A stretch of 64,000 nucleotides of DNA from positions 62,001-126,000 of the forward strand of contig NW_021832230.1 in assembly GCF_006345805.1 (NCBI RefSeq). The letters run 5' to 3'. This stretch comes from Octopus sinensis (Eukaryota). Each line of letters opens with the position of its first letter. The stretch's first letter is position 1. The notes below the pieces were generated by a model. That model was not told the DNA's origin. It saw only the letters and a list, made by a program, of their open reading frames with translations, and made no database searches. Below are positions 37,829 through 50,893 of this stretch, one piece after another. Made by a program: the position numbers and the translations under genes.

Positions 37829-38961
37829 TAATTCATTTAGAGGCTATTTTCCTTAACATTCCATCTCAATTCGAGGATCACTAGTGACGGTTTTACCCAT
37901 GCCAGCCTACCCACACGTTTCGGATGGATCGGGATCCGCTTTTGTGGGGACCTGACCCTGCTCTGCTATTTTTCTTCCACCTCAGCATACAAGAATTACT
38001 TTTGATCAGATCTATGTTTCTCTCTCGAACCTAACGAGATTTCGGAATAATCCTCTTTCTCCGTGCTTGGTACTGACTTGGCCTTGATTTCCCCGCAATT
38101 CCTTTAGTCAAAAAGGGCTGGAACTAAATCTTCTGCATAAATACTTTAAGCAAACTTTGTTCGATGTCGGACTAACTTTAGCTGGCTTCACTAAACTGCG
38201 TTTGTCATCCGCATACCGGAGGCTGGCTCGAAGCACTCCCTATCCCCAGCACTGGATTACTATTAGACAATTAATTCTTACGGATCGGTATCTGTTTACG
38301 CTTGAGCTTGGACATCTCCTGGCGCCACCCTTCCCAGTGCGGGTTCACAATTTCTTCGATTGGCTTGTACGCCTTGTCGTGTAGCTACTCAACTCAATGA
38401 CGTTTTCAGGAGGGCTCTAGAGCCGCGTTACACATTCTATCTTGGTACATTTTTGACCTATTGACTTATATTTTGACGCATATTTAGGTTTCCGTTTTTG
38501 TCAAAGATACTGCTCAAAAATTTAGTACTAATAATTGAAGAGTACAAAAACATTGTTTCTTATTTGGAAAGAAATACGATTGATAAAAGTTTAACTATAA
38601 TGAAGAAGTCAAGTATTCTAAATAAGACAAAATGTTTTTACAAGAAGACATTAAGCTAATAAACAATGATGGAACTAAAAAAATTCAAACATTAACGCAT
38701 GCAAAGGACAAAGCCCGTCTCGGAGAACTGCCAATCTAAAAAATTTAGATGTTAAATGTCTATTTTCAATTTTGGATTCTTATATTAGTTTTTAATACGA
38801 CTTTTAATCTCAAAGGTTTAGTATTGATTCCGTTTGTATTTAGTCCAAAGTTGGGAATGACCAGGGTTTGTTTTGATTATTTATCATAGATATAATTAGT
38901 TTATTTATTTAATAGAAAAATTGAATAATAATTTTAAATATATAACTCGTGGTGTTCTATC

Positions 38962-39590
38962 ATGTTTTTATTGTGAGCATAACGAATTTTTAATAAGTAG
39001 AAATATAACTAGAGCTTTGTCATTGAGTATAGCCGGAGTAGCAATTTTTGCTGGAATCGCCTATTGCGTCTATTTTGACAGAAAAAGGAGAAGTGATCCA
39101 AACTTTAAAGAAAATCTACGTAAAAGTTTCTTAAATCTCAAATTAATTTTCGAGGGCGAGAAAAAAATATAAAAACTAGTAAAAGAGCTACTCTTGTATT
39201 CATTTGTATTTGATTATTTAAGGGTCCTGATTTCACCAGGCAAGGCAGTGTCGAGCAATTTTTTTTTGACGAAATCCAGCTCGGTGAAACTTGTTTGGAG
39301 GCAGGTCAATCAATTCAAAATCATTCTTTAGGAAACCGGGAGGATGCTCTTGATCATTTATCCAATGCACTCGCCTTTGCTCCCAGTAATGAAATTCTGT
39401 CTGTTCTCAGTCAGACTCTTCCTCCTGATTTCATTCAAGACCTAGTACGATTGATTCCATTCAAGAAATCTGTTAATTATATTTTTCTGTAAATAGATAG
39501 GAATTTGCAAAACAACAAATTCAATTTTCAATGTTTTCACGTGAGGAGCAGCAAGTCGAAAGCAATGTAATCGTAGACGAAGTCGAATAG
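38962..39590 (+). CDS. TOMM20: Mitochondrial import receptor subunit Tom20
   Basis: IAGVAIFAGIAYCVYFDRKRRSDPNFK; EQFFFDEIQLGE; DHLSNAL...VLSQTLPP; acidic tail ...IVDEVE*. Confidence 0.93.
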
Positions 39591-39699
39591 ATTTTTTGGA
39601 TTAATTGTTTTCAATAAATTGTTCTTTGATTTCTTTTATTTTTGACTCTACATTGAGTTTTCAATAAGGATTTAGATTGCGCAATACCCAAATTCATAT

Positions 39700-40900
39700 T
39701 ATGCCATGTGTGATGAAATGTTTAATTACAACCTCTACGACCCATTTTAACTAGAACCAGCTCGAAATATGGGCTGCACTTTCTCGAGGATTTTAGGCCT
39801 AATAGAAGATGAGAGTGAGGTATTGTGGGCTCGCCCCTTGATCATAATATTATTATGTATTTTCGTGATTCCATGGACCATGACAAAGCTTGTGCAGCAT
39901 AGGAAAAAATAAAAATAATCAGTCCAGATCATTTCCCTCTGTCTTGGGCGACGTTTTGTAATGTGTCAAGATCGTCTCTGCCCTTGAGATTTTTTCCCAC
40001 CCTCCTTCGAAATAGTCCTTTATAACAGTATTTGCCGGTGACTTCAGATCCATCTTTATGGTGTGTCCGAATAGGCTCCACCTGTACAAGCGTATCCATG
40101 TTTGTGTACAGAGTCCTTTGCGCTTTAGCCAATTTTTTCGGCTACATAGTGCGCTCTTTGAAATGTGTTTTGCCGCATAATCACGTCTTGTTCATTTTTC
40201 GATAGAGATACAAGTTTCTTGACTTTTCTCTAGTGTTTGTCCAGCTTAGACATTTGTCTGAAGTTTAGTAACTTCTGTTTTCTCCAAATTTACTTTAAGG
40301 AAGCACTCTGCGAGTTTATTTTGCATCACCTCCAAAAGACTTTCCAGAGCATTCTTGTTGGAGAAAATAAAATCCACGTCATGTGCGTATGCCACTGCAT
40401 TAATCTTTCCTTCATAGTTTTATTTTCGTCAATACAGCTTCCAGATATATGACAAACAGGATAAAAGCTAACGGATCTATCTTAAATGTTCCCGATTTTA
40501 TCGAAAATAAACAAAATGTCACGACCTAGGCTCGTGACGTTTGAAAGAGGCTGTATTCTTTGAAGAAAATTGCCAGCACTTTTCGTATGGTATTCATAAT
40601 GATTACTGGCCTAGGTTCTCCACTTTTCCTTTAGCTTTGTTCTGTTTTTGGACAGAACCAGTATCCCTCGTCTCAGGGGCAGATGGTCGTTTGTTTTAAA
40701 CATTCCGTTGAAGAGATCCCCAATGCATACATTTAGGTTTTCACTTCCATACCTAAGTAGTTCTGGCCCTAGCCAACATGGTCCTTGACTTTTATTGTTT
40801 TTGAGCTTAGCAGTTCTTTGAACTTCTACAGAAGTTATTTTCAACTCCAATTTTTTGGAATGACCACTAAATGTTCCAATTCCGTTGCTTTCTTATTTAA
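39700..40900 (-). mobile_element. Degenerate RTE-like LINE
   Basis: KLKNNKSQG...PELLRYG, AVAYAHDVDF...LKVNLEKTE, LKGRDDLDTLQNVAQDR; same family as 36425-37828. Confidence 0.8.
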
Positions 40901-40949
40901 ACAGTTACTTAAGTAGACGGCAAATTAATTATGCTGCTTCTGCAGAAAC

Positions 40950-42150
40950 TGCGATTTATTTTTATTTTATTTAACCGCCAAGAACACGGTAAAAATCAAA
41001 CAAAAGTCACGTGATCCCGATGCACTCGACCAGGGACCTCATCTTCGCTCGCTGATCTTTCCACGAGCCCACACAAGATCGCACCGGGCGGCAGGCCGTT
41101 TTTACTGACGGATCGAGGTTCAGCTTGATAAGGTCTTCCAGAAAAGCTGGATCGCGGCGTTCGTTATCGTGTGACCAACGATTGGTTAATCTGTGGGCCT
41201 TTTGTTGGGCCTCCTCGATTCGCCTCCTGTTGGACCACGATAACCGCGGACCCCATGATCCGCAGGTGTAGGCAATTGATGGTTCGAAGTATTGGCGGTA
41301 GATATTTGCCAGTACCGGATGTGACCCGTTTTCCATAAGCCGGATAGAGTTCTAAGGACGTTCAATTTTTTTCGCATTTGCGAAGGAGGTCGTCAGCGTG
41401 CGGGGAGAAGCAGAGGTGCATGTCGAGGGTTACCCCTAGGACCGTCTGACTCCTGTAGAAGGGTAAGGACAGATTGTTCAGCTTTAAGTCGACTGAAGTT
41501 CTTCCCAATCTTTTGTCAGAAGTGAAAAGGGACGTGGCAAACTTCCCCGCGTTTACCAAGAGCCGGTTGTCGTCAGCCATAGGTTTAGTTAGCTTGGAGC
41601 CTTTCAGAGGCCTTCTGAATATCCCGGTCCCGTGAGGCTAATACGATTTCGTCCGCGTATGAAAGGACAATGTCATTATTGTCACGGGAGGGCGGGAGAT
41701 CTTTCAGGAAAAGGTTGAAAAGGGCCGGGGTTAAGGGGGATTCCTGGGGTAAGCCGTTGGGTAGGAGACGAGATGTGGACTTCAGACCTCCGAGGCACAC
41801 CCTTTCTCTTCGTCTACTTAGGAAGTTGGTGATCCATAGCTTGAGTCTCGTAGGAAATTCAGATTGGAATATCTTCCTTGATAGAAGCTATCTCGAGACG
41901 GAGTCGAAGGCTTTATGAATGTCAACGGAGCAAAGCACGGTCTTTTGGTGCCTCGGTTAGCTTGCAAAACCGATAATGCGATTATTATTATTAAAACCAA
42001 GATCACCGTCCAAAACATAGAACTAATTAATCAGGTGATCCCGGCTTCTCTGAGGAGGGTCCTCATCTTTGCCCGGTGCCTCTCCCTAGTCCCGACACAA
42101 TTTCTATGAGGGCGTGGTGGTAGAGTTTTAGGGCATTAGGCCCATGGTTC
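40950..42150 (-). mobile_element. 5'-truncated jockey/I/Ingi-like LINE with A-rich tail
   Basis: SVDIHKAFDSV, NGLPQESPLTPALFNLF, LSYADEIV, VLGVTLD...F...H, IEEAQQKAHRL; A-rich tail near 40950-40975. Confidence 0.85.
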
Positions 42151-42169
42151 CGTCCCAAGATTTATTTAA

Positions 42170-42950
42170 ATAAGGCGATTGATAGATGTTCATTTGGTCC
42201 TTGTAGTGCTTTCCAAAATCTTTCTTGAGTTTTTTCAATTTTTCACGGTTCGTTTCACTGACAAACCCACTCCACGCCCCACAAGCATAAGTAATGGAGG
42301 GTTCGATGTATTGCCGGTAGATTGATTGGCGTGTGGGGAAGCTGATTCATTGTTTGCATTTTCGGAGGAACACTTTTAAGATGTTCAGTTTTTTCATGAA
42401 GCTAGTTGTAACATTTTCAACTTGTTGGGAGAAACACGTATGACTATCGTAAGTCACGCCGAGGATTTTCTGGGATTTTTTCAAGAGGATTTCCGTGTTG
42501 TTTAGATATAAGTTCACCACCATTTTCCCAAGCTTCCTTGCTGAAGTCAGAAGCGTAGTGACTGATTTTTCAGGACTCGTTGATAGTCAATTTATCGAAA
42601 GCCAATTTTCGAGATTGTGGAGGTAGTTCTGCAGTTTGAACTTGCCGTGTTAACTTCACGGTTCCGAGTAGCAATCACAATATCGTCAGCGTGTGATAGT
42701 ACGATCGAGTCTTTGTCGTTTGGTAGTGGGAGGTCCGATAAGAATAAGTTAAAGAGAGCTGGCAAAAGAGCCTTGAGGGACTCTGTTTGGAAAATATCTT
42801 GACATCGATCTTGCATTGTTTTGTTGGATCGTGCCTTTTCGGCCGCTGAGGAAGTTAGCTAGCCACTTTTTCAACTTTAAGTGAATTTCACTAAGGTATA
42901 TTTTCCTGGGAACGGGGTCAAAAGCCTTATGGATATACACTGAGCACATA
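42170..42950 (-). mobile_element. Second, more degenerate tandem copy of the same LINE family
   Basis: SVYIHKAFDPVPR, RVPQGS, PALFNLFLSDLP, VLSHADDIV. Confidence 0.8.
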
Positions 42951-43077
42951 ACCGTAATGAAGCTTCAATTTAGTCAGTTAATTAATTAGTTTATATAATA
43001 AATAAATTACGCGATTATATTTTAATAACGTAATTTAATAAATATAAAATTTAATTCAATTTACTCTCTCTGTTTTT

Positions 43078-44202
43078 ATGTCACATGGTAAATTAGCATT
43101 TCTACTTTTAATATAAGAATGTCCAGGAATTGATAGCAAAGCTGCAGGAAAGGCAGATGCCTGTTCCAATTGTCCAAATCGGAACAATTGCCTCTCGCGC
43201 GATAACGAATCCGTTAATAAAGTTATCGAGTCTTCAATTGATGAAATAAAATCTCGCCTGGGATTAGTTAAACATAAAATAATAGTACTTTCCGGAAAGG
43301 GTGGAGTGGGAAAGAGTACTGTTTCAGTTCTTTTGTCCGATTATTTATCATCTATTCGCCCAGATAGAAAAGTATTAAATTCATATAGTTTTGATTAGTA
43401 TGGACTGGTAGATGCGGATATTTGCGGACCTTCTCTTCCACGTATGATGGGGGTAGAAAACGCGTTTCTTCATAAAAATATCAACGGTTGGAGTCCAGTG
43501 GTGGAATATTTACTATTCAAATTTAAGATAGTGAAGGAGAACTTATGTTTAATCTCTTCATCTTTTATTGCTGATGACGAGGATAAGGCATTTATTTGGT
43601 ATGGAGATAAAAAAACAGGCATTTTACTAATTAATATAAAAGGACTAATTGTTCAATTTTTACGTGATGTTGATTGGCCAAGAGAATTGGATTATATGAT
43701 AATTGATACTCCGCCGGGCACATCTGATGAACACTTGTCCTTAATTCGATATCTTGGCGATGTCGATGGTGTTGTCATTGTGACCACTCCACAAGAATTG
43801 TCTCTTGTTGATGTTAAAAAACAAATTAATTTTTGTCGGAAGATTGGATTGAATATTATAGGATTGGTTGAAAACATGTCTTCATTTTGTTGTACTCACT
43901 GTCTGGTTAATTATTGCTTATTGTTATTAAAGAAATGTTCTAATATTTTTCCTCAAGATTCTTGTGGTGGGGAAACGATGGCCAAGGAAATGGAAATAAA
44001 ATATTTGGGTAGTATTCCCCTGGATGCTAATATTGGTGATTCATTAAGTTTTTAATTTTTAGCTAGAAGCTGCGACGAAGGAATTTCCTATTTTGAAGAA
44101 CATGAGGGGACGTCCACTCAGAGAACGTTAATTGATATTTTTGAATGTATATGTGTTTTGGGGTTATTTTTAGTGATTATTTCTTATTGTGAAGAAAATT
44201 AA
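43078..44202 (+). CDS. NUBP1: Cytosolic Fe-S cluster assembly factor NUBP1/Nbp35
   Basis: N-terminal CPG...CSNCPN...C cluster motif; IVLSGKGGVGKST; DADICGPS; DYMIIDTPPGTSDEHL; VTTPQ; IIGLVENMS...CTHC; LGSIPLD. Confidence 0.93.
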
Positions 44203-44261
44203 TAAATACTAAATTCACTTATTTTTTTTATAATTTCTAATCTTAAAATAATTCAAATCAG

Positions 44262-46595
44262 AAACTAAGCAGATCTCACTCCAGCTCGCTGATATCCACT
44301 CTCCTTCTCTTGGAAGAAGAGCCTACTTCCAGCTGCCTCTTACTCCCCATTATCACATCTGATTAAACCATTGCATCTCCTTTAGCATTCATTGGGTCGT
44401 CTTCATCTTTGCATGCCATCTCCATATACCGGTTGGAAGCAGAAGCGTATTCTTCACCGGATACCTTCATTCCGTGCTTGTGTTCTATTATCATACTCTC
44501 GAGCGTTCTTTTCAGTACAACGGATTGGATGTATGTCCTCGTTCCTGCTTGAATAGATAGTTTCTTCATATAATTTTTGAAGCATTTCGAGACAACTCCA
44601 TCCCATGTCATAACCACAGGAATTATTTTTACTTGACAGCTATACAGAAGCGAAAGCTTACTTGCCAATAGGTCATACTTGTGACACTTTTCAACCTCCA
44701 CTTGCTTGAGGCGATCCTGTAAAGTAATACCCACTTCAATTAGATTTATTTCGTTTCTGACTTTGTCGTGGACAAAGATATCTGGCTTGTTATATTCTAC
44801 TTTTGTTTCGGTGAGGATTGTTGTATCAACCCTGATTTCAACTTTTCCCGTCGACAGTGTTGACTGAACAGAATGTCCCTTCAATCGTCTTGCTTTTTTG
44901 AGTCCATACATTCGGCACAAGTTAAGGTGAATACACTTCACAACTTCGTTGTGTCTCCGGAGATAATCACTGTTGAGCATTTTACCACACTGAGTAGCCA
45001 TGTGGTCAACAGTTTTCTTGCTTTTCTTACAATGATTGCATAATGAGTCAGCGGATGCAAAGAACAAGTTTCGATCTTGCAAAATACAATACAATGGTTC
45101 GCTTCATGGTCCATTATTTCCATTAGATAGCCATTCTGAGGATGCAGGTAAATCAACATTAGGTTCATCCATGCATTTGAAAAGCACAGAATGTAGTTAG
45201 TGCTTTAGAACTAATTTTCTTTTGTAAATATTGTATCTGACTGGACTTTAGAGACTCCATAGTAATACTTTTCTTATCAATAATTGCATATTTGGAGGAT
45301 AGAAATCCTGCGATCATAGCCAAATGCCATTTGTTCATTTTAATTACACGCAGAATCCCCGCCCTCCGTAAGCATATAGTTGACATATTTTCTAGACTCG
45401 TAAGGAACTGGAAGAGCATTAGTTCACTTTTGAAAGTAACTGATGAAAGCCCTCTTCCAAGAGCCTTCCGGTTTAAATACAGTCTCTCTTTATTTGCAGG
45501 TTTGAGATGTAATCTAAGCGACGTAAGCAATTGCCGTATTTGTCTGTCAATATCATCAAATTCAGAAGGTTCAATATTGATTAGCCCAATATAATAATTA
45601 TATAATGACAATGCATATTCATTTATAGCACGAAACAGATTCACAGAGTTGAGTTTTGTTTTCGATAGCATAGTTATCCTCTTCTTAACATTCTCAAAGA
45701 TAGATTCCATAACTCTATTCTTAAGAACATTGCTTCCACCATCTTCAAGTACACCCAAATATGATATCCATTGATTCCGTCAATAGTCTTACAACATGAT
45801 AATGATTCCAAATTAGACGCTGATTTTTCTGAATTCATCTCCAAACCAACAATTTTAAAAAATCCGTTAACAGCTTCCATCATTTTGAGTAAAGTGTCTT
45901 GTTTGAGAGCAAATATTTTTAGATCGTCAATAAATAGCAAATGATTAGTAGTCAAGTTTTGGAAACACGGAATTAAGGATCCTGCTTAGAGGATCCAATA
46001 CAATAACAAATAGTAAAGGAGACAATGAGTCTCCCCGTAAAATTCCTCGGTTTAACTTCACTGATCCAATTCTTCTACCTTCCATATGCAGCTTTACTGC
46101 CCACTTCTTAACTACGCTCTTCACAAAGTTTACGATCCAAAGCGGGATTCCAGAACAATCCAAAACGTGAAACAAAAAATCATGATCAACTGAGTCATAT
46201 GCTTTCTTCACATCGACCCAAGCAGAATAAAAGCCATTCCTGTACTCCTTGTTCAAACATTGGTTAATGAGAGCTTGCTCCTTGGAGCCTTGACAATACT
46301 TCTTCGTTTCAAGTTGGTTGTCTGAAATTAGGCCAAATGCCTCGACAAAATCAGCCAGTTTTACATTAATACATTTGGTGACAGGTTTATACAATGTCGG
46401 TATACACGTTATAGGACGTAAGTCCTTCGGGGTCTCACAATCATCTTTTTTAGGAATCAAATATGTTATTCCAGTGTAAAACCAACTTTCAGGCATGTAC
46501 TCTCCATTAATTATTCGGGTTATCTCGTGACGCAGAAATCCATGTAATGACTCCATCTTCTTAATGAAAAAGTTATATATCCCATCACACCCACT
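44262..46595 (-). mobile_element. R4/Dong/NeSL-type non-LTR retrotransposon (RT plus CCHC plus REL), 5'-truncated, frameshifted
   Basis: LRPITCIPTLYK, WVDVKKAYDSV, GILRGDSLSPLLF, HLLFIDDLK, ERLYLNRKALGRGL, CNHC...HMATQC...RHN, NKPDI...IEVG...KYD. Confidence 0.92.
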
Positions 46596-47257
46596 AAATT
46601 CACTTATAATTTCTTTTTATATTCAAGAAATAATTTCATAATCTATAAAAGTTGTTTTAGCGATTAAAAATACGTGGGAAAATACTTTCAAAGTACCAAA
46701 TTAATTGAAAATAGTACGATATTATTTTAAGCTCTGTCTTTTGGGCAAAATGTTTATAATTTTATATTTACTAAATCTCTTTAACATATGTAATAAAACA
46801 AATTCCCAAATTACTATAATTATTATAAAAATCTAGAAATTACTTAAACCTTTTTCTTATTTTTTACAGTTGTGAAGTAATGTCAATTCACTTAAAACTA
46901 GGTCATTGTTATTTTTTTGATTTAGTTATTTTTCACAAATTTTTATTAAATAAATAAAACTTCATATAAGTTCTTATCTTGTCTTAATTTTGACGTTACA
47001 TTATTAATCTATCGATAGGACTCGACGTATATATTATAATCCTGTAAAAATGTATCCGATTTTTTTGAATTTTGTTTCATAACCATTTAATTATCTTGAT
47101 GACTATGGGAAAATTATAAAAGAGCTTTTCACCATAGAAATTTAAAGGCTTTATTTTTATTAGTCTTATTTATAATTTTGATAAACAATTTTTAATTTTT
47201 GTATTAAAAAAATATCCATGACAATTTAATTTCTATCTACATATAGTTTAATAAAGC

Positions 47258-49239
47258 ATGGAAGAAATGGAAATAGCCGCAGAACATTTGCTAGCTACCA
47301 ATAATCAGTACCAACAGTACTATGAACAACTGAAAGAACAACATTTAAAGTAAATTGATGAGCTTTTATTTTTGAGACTTCGTGATGACTATGTTCACCT
47401 CGAAAAAGAATATTTTCAACTTCTTGAGGAGTCAAAATTAGTGAAAGACAAGTACGTAATGATGCTTAATATGGCCCACGCGGATAACGAACATTTCAGG
47501 CTGGAATGCAGCAAGGCACAAAAAATGGCATTTTATTTTTCGTAACTTCAAACAGGCACTGACACCTGAACAAATAGAGACAATACGATTAGACACAAGA
47601 GAAGAATTACGTGAAAATTTTCAAAGAAAAATTGATTCAATAAATGAAGAAAATAAAGATTTGTGTCAAAAATTATTTCTAAATGAACAAAAACATTTAG
47701 TAACTGAAAGTGAGCTTCAGAGCAAATTGCAGCAAAAATGCAATCTAATAGAAACATTAGAACAAAATAATAAAAAGATGGCATGCTTTTTATATCTTAA
47801 ATATCTTACATAGGAGGAAGAACATATGCTCATTGTGAAGCGTCTTTCATCAAAATCGAATATCGAATCTTTGGAAAACGACATTATTAAGGCAAACCAA
47901 GAGAATAGCCAATTAATGGCTTTAACAAAAGACTTGCGTTGTCAATTAAGCGTTATCAATTCTCAATTTAACGAACAAGCGTTAAAGCATACCAAAACAT
48001 TTAATAAATTTAAAAATTCTCAGATTGAATTAAAAAATAAAAACAATGATCTTTCTGTATCTAACAATTTAAAATAATTTTAGAAACATCTAGAATCAAT
48101 TCTGGAACAAAATAAAGGTCTTACAAATAAACTTGAAGAACGTGAGAAACGTTGGTCCCAGAGAGAAGACGAATTTAAAAGTCTAAAAGATGAAATTAGA
48201 AAATTGCAAACAGACATGGAAGAAATTAATTCACTGGCAGTTTTAGAAGTAAAGAATATACAAGAAGAAAAGAGAACAAGTATTGAGGCGGAAGAATATA
48301 AAAATAAAAAACTTCAAATCGCTCTAGAAGGTAAAGTGAGCTCTAAATAAATGCAGAACTCAGACATAAGCTTGAAATTTCAAATCGAAGTAGAACACAA
48401 CTTGAAAAAAAATTAATACATAAAAACAAACAAATCGCCAAAGAATTAGAGTTATTGCAGCGAAAATCTGCTAAAAGCGAGGCGATTCACAATATAGTTC
48501 GGTAAAATTATTCTGAGAGAAATATAAGAATTAATGCAGAAAATAAATGCAACGAATTAAAAGCAAAACTAGACGAGGAAACCGATAAGCATGAGAAAAT
48601 ATGCGAAAGTTTACGGATAAAGTATGAAGACAGTACTTCTACAAAAAATGACGAATTAACGTAAATAATATTTCATTTTTTATAAATTAGTGCAAAATTA
48701 AATGAAGCTCGTTTCATGTTGAAAAAATTAGAAGAAAATAAATTTCTTAGTGAAAATTCAAAAGAGGAATTGTTGGAAATTAAAGAATCCTTTAAAGAAG
48801 TTTTGGAAAATAATAAGCAGCTCATTACTACTAATAATAAATTAAAAAATTATATCAAAGCGGTAAAACAGAATGTAAAGTAAAATTATTTTATTTATTT
48901 TTATAAGTTTCGAAGAGCGAGCCAATTTATCAAGAAGCATTGAAAGAAAAACAAAAAAAGTTTAATTATTTTAACAATAAAAAATTAGAAAAATAAGGTC
49001 TACGCACATGACTTAAATATCGACAAGGCCGCGTAATATTAATAAAAATAAGTTTATTATATAGAAAGGATGTTTTTGAAATAATTAACGATAAATTGGA
49101 AAATACCAATCGAATCAAAAATAGACGAAGGAATGACGACAATGAGACGATTACTCAGTTGAAAAAGCGAATAGCAGATTTTGAAGAAAGACTTTATCAT
49201 CAACAAATGTTTTTACAAAATCTTAATTTATTGAGCTAA
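47258..49239 (+). CDS. Multi-exon coiled-coil protein, family unassigned
   Basis: A series of E/K/L/Q-rich open segments (MEEMEIAAEHLL..., LESILEQNKGLTNKLEERE...) separated by short GT-AG AT-rich gaps. Confidence 0.6.
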
Positions 49240-49290
49240 TAACAAAATATTTTAAAATGATTTTTTCCATATTTGGTTATTTTAAAGTAG

Positions 49291-49790
49291 GAAGGAAGTA
49301 CTTTATTAAATCAGTATAGCGACATATTAATAAATGGCAAACTGGATTACAATCAACAGCATAACCTCACTGGTCGTAACAATTTGTATTTTATTAATAT
49401 AATTTATAATCTTTAGTAACAGTAATTTTGGGTTATGTTCCACAAATCATGAATATTCATAAGAATGAACATCAACTTAAACAATTCCTACAAAATAAAA
49501 TTCTACATAATCCGTGCAAATTAATTTTGATGAAGATAGGGCAAAGAGAATTTCAGTTGATTTATGAAGGAATATCTGAAAATGGCTGGATATACTACAA
49601 ATCTATTTATTCAAATCAAGCTTTTTTTGTTTCCGTATCTGGAGAACGGATAGGAAATGATGGAGAAGGTGTTTATATTATGATCAACGACCTTGATTTC
49701 AGTGGAGCGCGTTTAGTACTAAATAATTATCGAGGATTTATTAATCACGAGTTGAGTGATCTTTATGACATGAAGTGTATGATAGTTTAA
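49291..49790 (+). CDS. Uncharacterised small protein, 5' end unresolved
   Basis: 120-codon open frame ending ...LYDMKCMIV* plus an in-phase upstream exon EGSTLLNQYSDILINGKLDY. No motif recognised. Confidence 0.4.
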
Positions 49791-49987
49791 CAATTGATTT
49801 TTTATTGATAACCAAAATTTTTATGTTGTACCTGGCATTTTAAAACAATTCTTGGCAAAATTTGAATTATTTGTTTAATACTAAAAATTATTTTTACCTT
49901 TTGAAAATTGACTTTTAACGCAAAATTTTAATTTTTGCCGGACATAATTAATTGGATTTTTGTGGTTGTTGATTTGTTCTCGTATAA

Positions 49988-50335
49988 ATGAACCGTAATT
50001 CAAAAATTTATTTATCGGATTGTACAAAGGCGATGATAATTGGACATTATTCTTCGAAAAAACAACTAAAGAGATATCTAAAATTCTGGAAATTCCAAGA
50101 TCGACTGTGGGTTTTGTGACGAGAAAATTTTCCAAAGACGGAATCACAATGCGAAAAACTGGATCAGGACGTCCCCGAAGTTGTCTTCAGATAAAAAAAC
50201 ACATTACAATTAATCTCGAGGAATGAATTATCAATTTCTGTTGTGTCTCTTTCTGAAATTGCCAAAACCAATTTCAATGTTGACGTCTCTCTCAAGACAA
50301 TTGGTCGGATACTGAATTCACAAAAAATCCAATTA
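49988..50335 (+). mobile_element. Tc1/mariner transposase N-terminal (HTH) remnant
   Basis: LSDCTKAMIIGHY / KEISKILEIPRSTV...TGSGRPR...SLKTIGRIL. No TIRs identified. Confidence 0.7.
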
Positions 50336-50893
50336 ATTATGTCTGGGAAAATTTAAATTCAGTGTTAAAATTCAATTTCGAAAGGAAAAAGTGTTTATAA
50401 ATGTTACTCAGTTGATTTGTATCGACTCATTTTTTTACTGACATTTTTACAGCGAAAAACGCGGAATTTCACTTTCTTGGAAATATACAGAATCATAGAA
50501 AAGGAAAATAATATGGAGATATTTGCAGTGCCGTGCTCTTTTCATTCCGAAAGCTTAGTACTTATTCGGATAAAGAATTATTTTATTTATTTAACTAGCT
50601 CAGCAGTTCGCTTCGCTCACTGCGAGCTAGCTCCTGCGGAGGCCCTGCTCGCTACGCTCGCAGTTTCCTTAAATAACTATAAATTTATGTAGATATATAA
50701 ATGCGACCTGCTTTGATATAACCTTATTCTAAGGCCTGTGGATAAACGATGTTTGCAGTCCGTCCATCCTTGGCAAATATAAATAAATTTTCTCTTCTAC
50801 CTACCCTTGAGCAACAGGCAAGAAAGCGACACACAAAAAAGATTTGATTAATTACCTTATTAAGCTGACCGTTTTTTCTTCAGCTTCGTTTTT

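Larger units (their letters stand above)
34307..37851 (-). mobile_element. Merlin (IS1595/ISXO2-like DDE) DNA transposon with ~130-bp TIRs
   Basis: Inverted repeat 34307-34437 versus 36302-36424 plus 37844-37851 (right TIR split by an RTE). Transposase is on the minus strand. No TSD was found. Confidence 0.88.
34074..38425 (+). mobile_element. Degenerate CRE retrotransposon (34074-34306 plus 37852-38425) split by the Merlin element
   Basis: Left part LGSPISTDG...KLTYILRSS. Right part HASLPTRFGWIGIR, WLEALPIPSTGLLLDN, LRIGICLRL and LNDVFRRAL, colinear with the other CRE copies. Confidence 0.72.
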
